Assembly (NCBI GenBank): GCA_977862235.1
Contig: OZ374557.1
Location: 1,488,001-1,552,000, forward strand
Length of the DNA: 64,000 bases
Direction: 5' to 3'
From: Dudresnaya verticillata
Lineage: Eukaryota
Positions 58,421 to 64,000 of the stretch are shown here, in pieces (the first letter of the stretch is position 1; each line of letters opens with the position of its first letter). The position numbers and the translations under genes are program-made. The notes beneath the pieces were generated by a model. That model saw nothing but the letters and a program-made list of their open reading frames with translations, did no database searches and was not told where the DNA came from.

Positions 58421-58909
58421 CTATAAAATTCGTCAAGCTAAAATTGCACCACACTAACACGGATGGGGCACGTTATGCTGACTGCGTGCATGATCCAACA
58501 TTCGCGGAGACTTTGTCTTTTGAAAGTAGTAAATGAAACATAACTGGGCCGTTCAGTAACTCGAACATTCAAAGAGCCACGTCTGGCACCGCTCTGAACA
58601 GGATTTCTGTGTTGAAAGAGGTCTATCAGTTTAAATAGAAGCCGAGTGGAATAATGGTTCCCTGATATACGTAAAAACGCACTTCTACACGTAGTAAGGC
58701 TAAGGCGCAGCACCAAACATGACGGGAAATGGACTGGTATAGCTGACTACCACTGGAACTTTAATTATAGGATCAAAGACCGCGTTAAAGCGCTCCCACT
58801 TGGATACGTTCGCAGACCGTTTTCACACTGCGCAGTGAATGGCACCACGGACGTCCTTCCCTTTTAACTACCACAAATGCCTATTCTGAGACAGTAATCC
58901 AATGTTAGT

Positions 58910-59596
58910 TGTGGTGTAGTGAAAGGCACACCTGTAAGAAGAGCTGATCAGGCAATCCCAATAAAGGGTGATCTCACTGTGGCACACTCACACGGCATCG
59001 GGTGGTAGAGCTTAGTTCGTAGACCGAAGGGAGTACCTCAAGCGGCAGCACGTGTAAGGAGTAAAGGGACGCAACAGACAAGGGGGAAGGTACAGTGCCA
59101 GGGCAGCTACACCAGGACGGAGGTAAGAGGAATCCGTGCACGGGGCTGGCGAGGGAAACCGTGAAGGAGTATGAGGGTAAGGCTTAGGGTAGGTCACTTT
59201 GCCCAGGGTTGCGTACCCGTTTACTGTAGGACTCGCGGTGGCCACCCATTAATATACTGGGAGATACGCCCCGCGGTCCGGTCCGTGTGGGCCAGACCCC
59301 AATGGGTCTGGTCCACCAGGTGGGTCCGGCCGTACTGGTCCCGGTCACCGTTGCGGACATGCTCGGCATTCTCATTGGCCGGCTGACACTACATACTGTA
59401 CAGAATGATTATAATTACCTAATTACAAATAAATCAACTACTTGGCTCCTATTGGTGGTGCGCGCAGACTCCATCAGGGCATACAGTGCTACTGTGTCAC
59501 TGCACTCCACTTCGGCTTTTTGCGCCAGCTCACCAGTGCACCGGGCGCGAGTCGGCTCAACCGTCGTCGGCACTCCACAACGGCCGCTTCAACACA
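58910..59596 (-). mobile_element. Solo LTR of family C (687 bp)
   Basis: Ends TGTGGTG...CAACACA, flanked by TTAGT/TTTGT (4/5 TSD match). It covers both 51908-52393 and the 134-bp fragments. Confidence 0.85.
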
Positions 59597-60833
59597 TTTG
59601 TGTACAGTATTGGCTAACTTTTAGTATTATAACTCTAACTTAGAGTGGATAGCATGTTCGGCTCCATACGTATTTATTGGACCCTAAGTAGCAGGGGTCC
59701 CGCATTAATCTGGGAATGGTGTGTGATTTTCGTTATACCCATTTTTGGGTCTTTCACAGTACCGCCGTTGTCTTTTCCCTGCCCGTATACAGGCCCTATT
59801 CGCACGACGATTAACTCTGCGTTGTAGGGTTGGCCTTCCCTTTTTCCTTGGTTATGGGTACCACACGCATTACACGTCTCTAGGACCATCCCGTTTCCCT
59901 TTTCTTTGAGGCACCGCCCACAATGAGTATAGGGTCCCCTGGACAGCTGTCGCACCGTTTTATCCGCAACTCCCTGGCCAGGAGCCATTCTACCACAGGA
60001 GGGCAAGCCCAGAGTTCGTGTTCATTTGGCTCGATTGGCGCCAAACAGGCGAGCAGGTTAGCGCACGGGTCCTACAGTACTGTAACCAATTGGCCACTGT
60101 TCCACAAATACAGTCATAGTTCGAGTGATGTTGTACTTTTATTGCGTCTTAACGTGCGCAGTTGCGCGGGCGATTAAGGCCCATATGCAGGCACACGCCC
60201 TACCAACCAGCTATCTACTGACGGGCTTACACCCGTAATCTGGAGGCAGTCCAGCCGGCTCTATGAGAAGAATGGGCAAACAACCCCGGTGGGGAAAAAT
60301 CCTTGAAAATGTAGAACCATGGGACCTGGCGGGAGTCGAACTCGGTTTCCCGGAATCGACCGCGCAGCGGTGAACCACTGCACCACCCGTCCGCCTCCGC
60401 GGGCGGATGTGCTGCTGGAGCAATGTTCTGTAAGGAGTGTAATGTTTTCGTTAATTTGGTCTGAAATCTGATGCCGTAAACCCTCATTTACTGTAGCAGC
60501 TTAGCAAACAGTAGTAGAAGCCAACTTGGAGAATAAATTCGCTCGGCGGCACTGCAAAGACCGGGTTACTCTGCCCGAGCAGCTCGAAGAACAAAGGGGA
60601 GGACCAAAGGACGGTGAAGGGACAGAAAGATAGTTGGAACTGAGGTAGCGCAGTGCATGGGGAAATGCTCGCAACAAGAACAGCAGTTTGCCAGGAGAAA
60701 AGTGCACAGTGCTGCACAAGACATGAGAGACAGCTGGGAGACATATTGGTTCGTTAGCTACTGGAGATCCTTTTAGGTGTAGGCTTGTGTGAATCGTTTC
60801 TCGTCTTCGGCATCGGCATTTGTTTCTGGGCGT

Positions 60834-62072
60834 ATGCAAAGCAGATCTCCTATGGGGCCGCAAACTTCGTCTGAATCGGCAGCACCGATCACTTGTGCCA
60901 GCCTGCGCGGACCAGCCGGGCTCTTGTCATCTTCATCCGCATATCACCTGGCACAACCGAGGACGTACCCACTTTCGTTCACTCAGAAAGGGTCAGGAAA
61001 CGAAAAATCGTTTCATGTCGCATTTCGTTCCTACCCATTCCCACCCGCCAAAACGCCTCTCTGGCACCCGCTCCCACCACTGCCGCCTACAAAAGATGCT
61101 AATCTACCCAATGTGTCAGCGTCATCCAGATTTACAGATCTTCGCAAGCGTTTTCTGCATAGATGGCGGCGGGAAGGCTCAGGTCAAGCTGCTCTCTCAG
61201 GTGCCGTTATGACAAGTGCTGAGACGAATCGAGGTTTCTGTCATGTCAGTGACGGCCAGAAAATGGACTCGTTACGTTCCGCGATTGGCACCCGGAAAAG
61301 AATGCGCTCTCCAGCGACATGTTCAGCAGCCCAGGATCCGTCATCTTCTTTTAACTTTGTACAAGGAGATCCAGGGCTACCATTGCCTCAAGATGTGTCT
61401 TTGTGCGTGCATGAGAAAGAGCTGATGCAGCAGAATGGCTCTTCACGTGTATGGCCAGTCTCACATGCGGCGAAAAAGACTCGTGTAGATGGCTGCGAGT
61501 GCGGATTCAGGCCAATTCCTCAGAGGTCTCACCCCGTTCAGAGGAAATCGATAGGCCGCTCATGCCGTGAAATGGGTACTGTCCAAGATCATGTCCAGAA
61601 AGTGCGTACCACGCTCCCAGACAAGACAGCTCATCAAGCCGTCAAAGACCGTATCCAGAGTTTAAAAGTGCGTCGGCGGATGCTGGAGGAAAGGGCGCTG
61701 GACGAAATATGTATTGTTGCAGCGGCATTGGGACCGTCGAATATTATCAAAGAGGAACTCTTGCAGCTCAAGACAGACATGGAGAAACTTACTAGACAGG
61801 GCGTTCGGAACAGCGTGCGCCTTGTCTCTCGGCGCATGAAGGGTGTTTCATCGCGGAGGAATGCGGAGGTCAGCTTGCACCTTGACATGTTCCCAGCGGG
61901 CCTCATTCGGGAGTTACAATTAATAGTGATGCATGAAAATGGGCAGCTAAGAATTCGCTCATCTGTTCAGCTTTCGCAACTTCGCGCCGAGCTGAAACAC
62001 ACAATGCTGGAGAGTATGGGAAGCTCGCGATCCTTGTCCTGTCGTGGAACAGGTATGGTTTCAGGACTATGA
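60834..62072 (+). CDS. Hypothetical protein with a C-terminal NET/ET (extra-terminal)-like domain
   Basis: Open ORF of about 412 aa from the first ATG. EELLQLKTDMEKL...VRLV...EVSLHLDMFPAGLIRELQLIV resembles the ET consensus. Confidence 0.55.
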   Translation: MQSRSPMGPQTSSESAAPITCASLRGPAGLLSSSSAYHLAQPRTYPLSFTQKGSGNEKSFHVAFRSYPFPPAKTPLWHPLPPLPPTKDANLPNVSASSRFTDLRKRFLHRWRREGSGQAALSGAVMTSAETNRGFCHVSDGQKMDSLRSAIGTRKRMRSPATCSAAQDPSSSFNFVQGDPGLPLPQDVSLCVHEKELMQQNGSSRVWPVSHAAKKTRVDGCECGFRPIPQRSHPVQRKSIGRSCREMGTVQDHVQKVRTTLPDKTAHQAVKDRIQSLKVRRRMLEERALDEICIVAAALGPSNIIKEELLQLKTDMEKLTRQGVRNSVRLVSRRMKGVSSRRNAEVSLHLDMFPAGLIRELQLIVMHENGQLRIRSSVQLSQLRAELKHTMLESMGSSRSLSCRGTGMVSGL

Positions 62073-63633
62073 AGAACCGATAGGTCTCCGCGACTGCCAG
62101 TAGGACAGAACGTATACGAATCGACTGTCGGCATTAACCTGTAAATGATCTCGCCGCCGCCTGCCAGTTGACCCTACAAGCGAAGCTACTGGCCCTAGGA
62201 CTGCAATACCCCTCGCAGCCCGATACTGTAAAACAACTCGATAATGTCACAGCCTGCGATATGCAAGATGCTCCCGACCCAACGATATCTTGCCCTTTAG
62301 TTCGGTGCGACTCTCTACTAGTGCCAACATTTCGGTTCACTAATGCAGCCGTCATCAGAGCAAGTACTCAGATCCGCCTCAAGCTTTCTCGAACCGCAGA
62401 TGCGCTGTTAAACCCAGTCTGCCCTGCTGAGCATGGAGACTGACAGTTGCTCAAGGGCAGCTGCTCTCCCCAGACGCTTGACGATACTTTTCACTTAACA
62501 CAGCCTCTATCGGAGCACCGCCTCGTGCTTTTTGCCACCCCTTCACGCGACAGCATACTTCAACCAGGAGCAACCGTCCTTTGCAAAATCGTCCTGAGGG
62601 AGGCCTCATTAGTATGGGGTCCTGAAAGGCATCCTGTGCGATGGTCAAGATGCACGGCGTAACTCCAAAGGCGTGGCACTATGGCCGCGTGTCGACTCGC
62701 TTTACCCCTCCCACAGGAGCAAACTTCATGGCAGTGGCTTGCATCGCTCAAGACTGCACATGCTTTCTATCACAATTTGATTTCCGTTGGGAGGTGATTT
62801 CAGGGAGGTGTATACTGGCCAACTTGGGGATGCATGTTTCTCATTCATCCCCCTGATCCACTCCACCGTCCGCCCACCTAAACTCACAGGTCACGATCTG
62901 GGCTTGCGGCCCATGCATAGATCCGCCTCATTTGCACACGCACGCGCGAACGAAAAGTAGTCTGTTTTGGCCTTCCTACCACCCTCTGCGCTAGCTCGCA
63001 AAAATCCCCGCCGAGCAGAGACTACCCGCAATCAGTCCCTGCGGTCACGTACACACACCCAGCTAGAGAATCACTGATCGTGGGAAATAGCAGCTGTGGG
63101 AAGTCCAGTTGGACCCAAGCCCCAAAACGCCACACACCGAAGCAGCCACAAAAGCAGTTGTATGCACTTCAGTACAGCTAAGTCGACATTTCCAGATCGA
63201 CTCCCTGCCGTTTTCCTGCATTACTACAACCAGCCAGCCCCCGATTCCCCGAAGGCCTGTACCCGGCCTTGGCTCCTTGACACGTTGTCTTCAGAGCTCT
63301 AAAACTCAATGTTGCCTCCTGCGCCAACCCAGCACATTTACGTGATGTGTAGACTCGTTTATACGCATGAAACGTACTCAATGAATAGCGAGGGCGATCC
63401 TGTAAGAGGATGCTACACGATGCGTACGTGTCAAATTTCCGGGGAAAAAAGGCGCGCTTTTCTTGGACGCAACTTCGTCATAAGAGTGGTCGACGCTATG
63501 CCCCCGGAGAAATCTGGGCATGCTTCTCTCTTTCGAGAGTCCCCAGAACGACTGGCGGTAGGCACATTTCTAGCTGGTCAAAAGGACAAGACCAAGGACT
63601 GGAGAAGACTGCAGTTCAGGAATCAAGATCGCT

Positions 63634-64000
63634 ATGGCTTCTCCGTTTAAGTCAAGTAAAGAACAAGCTGACACGCTCCTCGTGAAGGCTAAGATGATCG
63701 CCAAGGGAAAGACGCTCCATGAGGCTGGAATAGAGCCGGTATGGATGAACGCCTATGGCCAGATCGCCGAACGGGCATATCGTGATCGCCGATACGGGTT
63801 TAGCCGCTATCCATACGAGGCAGGACCTGCCGTTGGAGCCTTCGTGGGCGGCTTCTTCGATCACCGAGAGTGGGCGCCTCGCAAGGCCCTCGAAAGGCAT
63901 CAGAGCGTGCGGGCAGTAGCCGAATATGAAGCCAAATATGTTAATGCAGCTGGGTACTGGTCTGCGTTTCAGGAAGCGGCTATCGATCTTCGCCAAGAAT
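63634..64000 (+). CDS. 5' part of an ORF running off the window end, unknown product
   Basis: ATG at 63634, open for 122 codons (MASPFKSSKEQADTLLVKAK...GYWSAFQEAAIDLRQE). It is absent from the ORF track because it has no stop. Confidence 0.5.
   Translation, partial: MASPFKSSKEQADTLLVKAKMIAKGKTLHEAGIEPVWMNAYGQIAERAYRDRRYGFSRYPYEAGPAVGAFVGGFFDHREWAPRKALERHQSVRAVAEYEAKYVNAAGYWSAFQEAAIDLRQE

Noticed and set aside
58910..59596. 5' LTR of element C
   Set aside because: It has its own near-perfect TSD, no PBS or gag follows, and D-family and unrelated sequence intervene. A solo LTR fits better.
59600..60500. Possible further LTR or promoter sequence with TACAGT motifs
   Set aside because: No second copy, termini or TSD could be established.

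Overview
Eukaryotic, repeat-dominated DNA. The intronless SLC4 gene and the chromodomain-Gypsy and Copia families suggest a red alga of the Chondrus/Gracilaria type; this is an inference, not shown by the sequence. Most of the window is nested transposable elements: (A) the 3' end of a chromodomain Gypsy at 1-3.5 kb; a decayed Sola-like DNA transposon at about 3.5-9.4 kb; a full-length Copia (E, 14300-33039, 388-bp LTRs, TSD GAAAA) interrupted by a 5'-truncated Gypsy (B, 15172-26420); a nearly intact Gypsy (F, 37347-43276, TG...TA LTRs, 4-bp TSD); a truncated Gypsy family D (46.0-51.9 kb, with relatives at 33.3-36.0 kb and 57.6-58.4 kb); a rearranged Gypsy (C, 51.9-57.6 kb); and two solo LTRs. 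Probable host genes are an SLC4 bicarbonate/borate transporter, a NET/ET-domain-like protein and an ORF running off the right end. The main finding is that three divergent Gypsy elements (A, B, C) each carry a large ANTISENSE ORF downstream of pol, lying between pol and the 3' LTR in B and C. These ORFs share a recognisable motif core (P-x-[WH]-x-E[YF]E[VI]...P-x-[CV]V[AT]Y...EW...GDW-x2-F-x-P) that I cannot assign to a known family. Two of them are intact (775 and 952 aa) while their own pol genes have decayed. The Copia carries a different antisense ORF with a papain/C39-like Cys-His-Asp pattern, and a clear -1 frameshift signal (G_GTT_TTT plus a pseudoknot or hairpin). Two 134-bp LTR-end fragments with identical boundaries sit at rearrangement junctions. 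All alignments and identities were done by eye.
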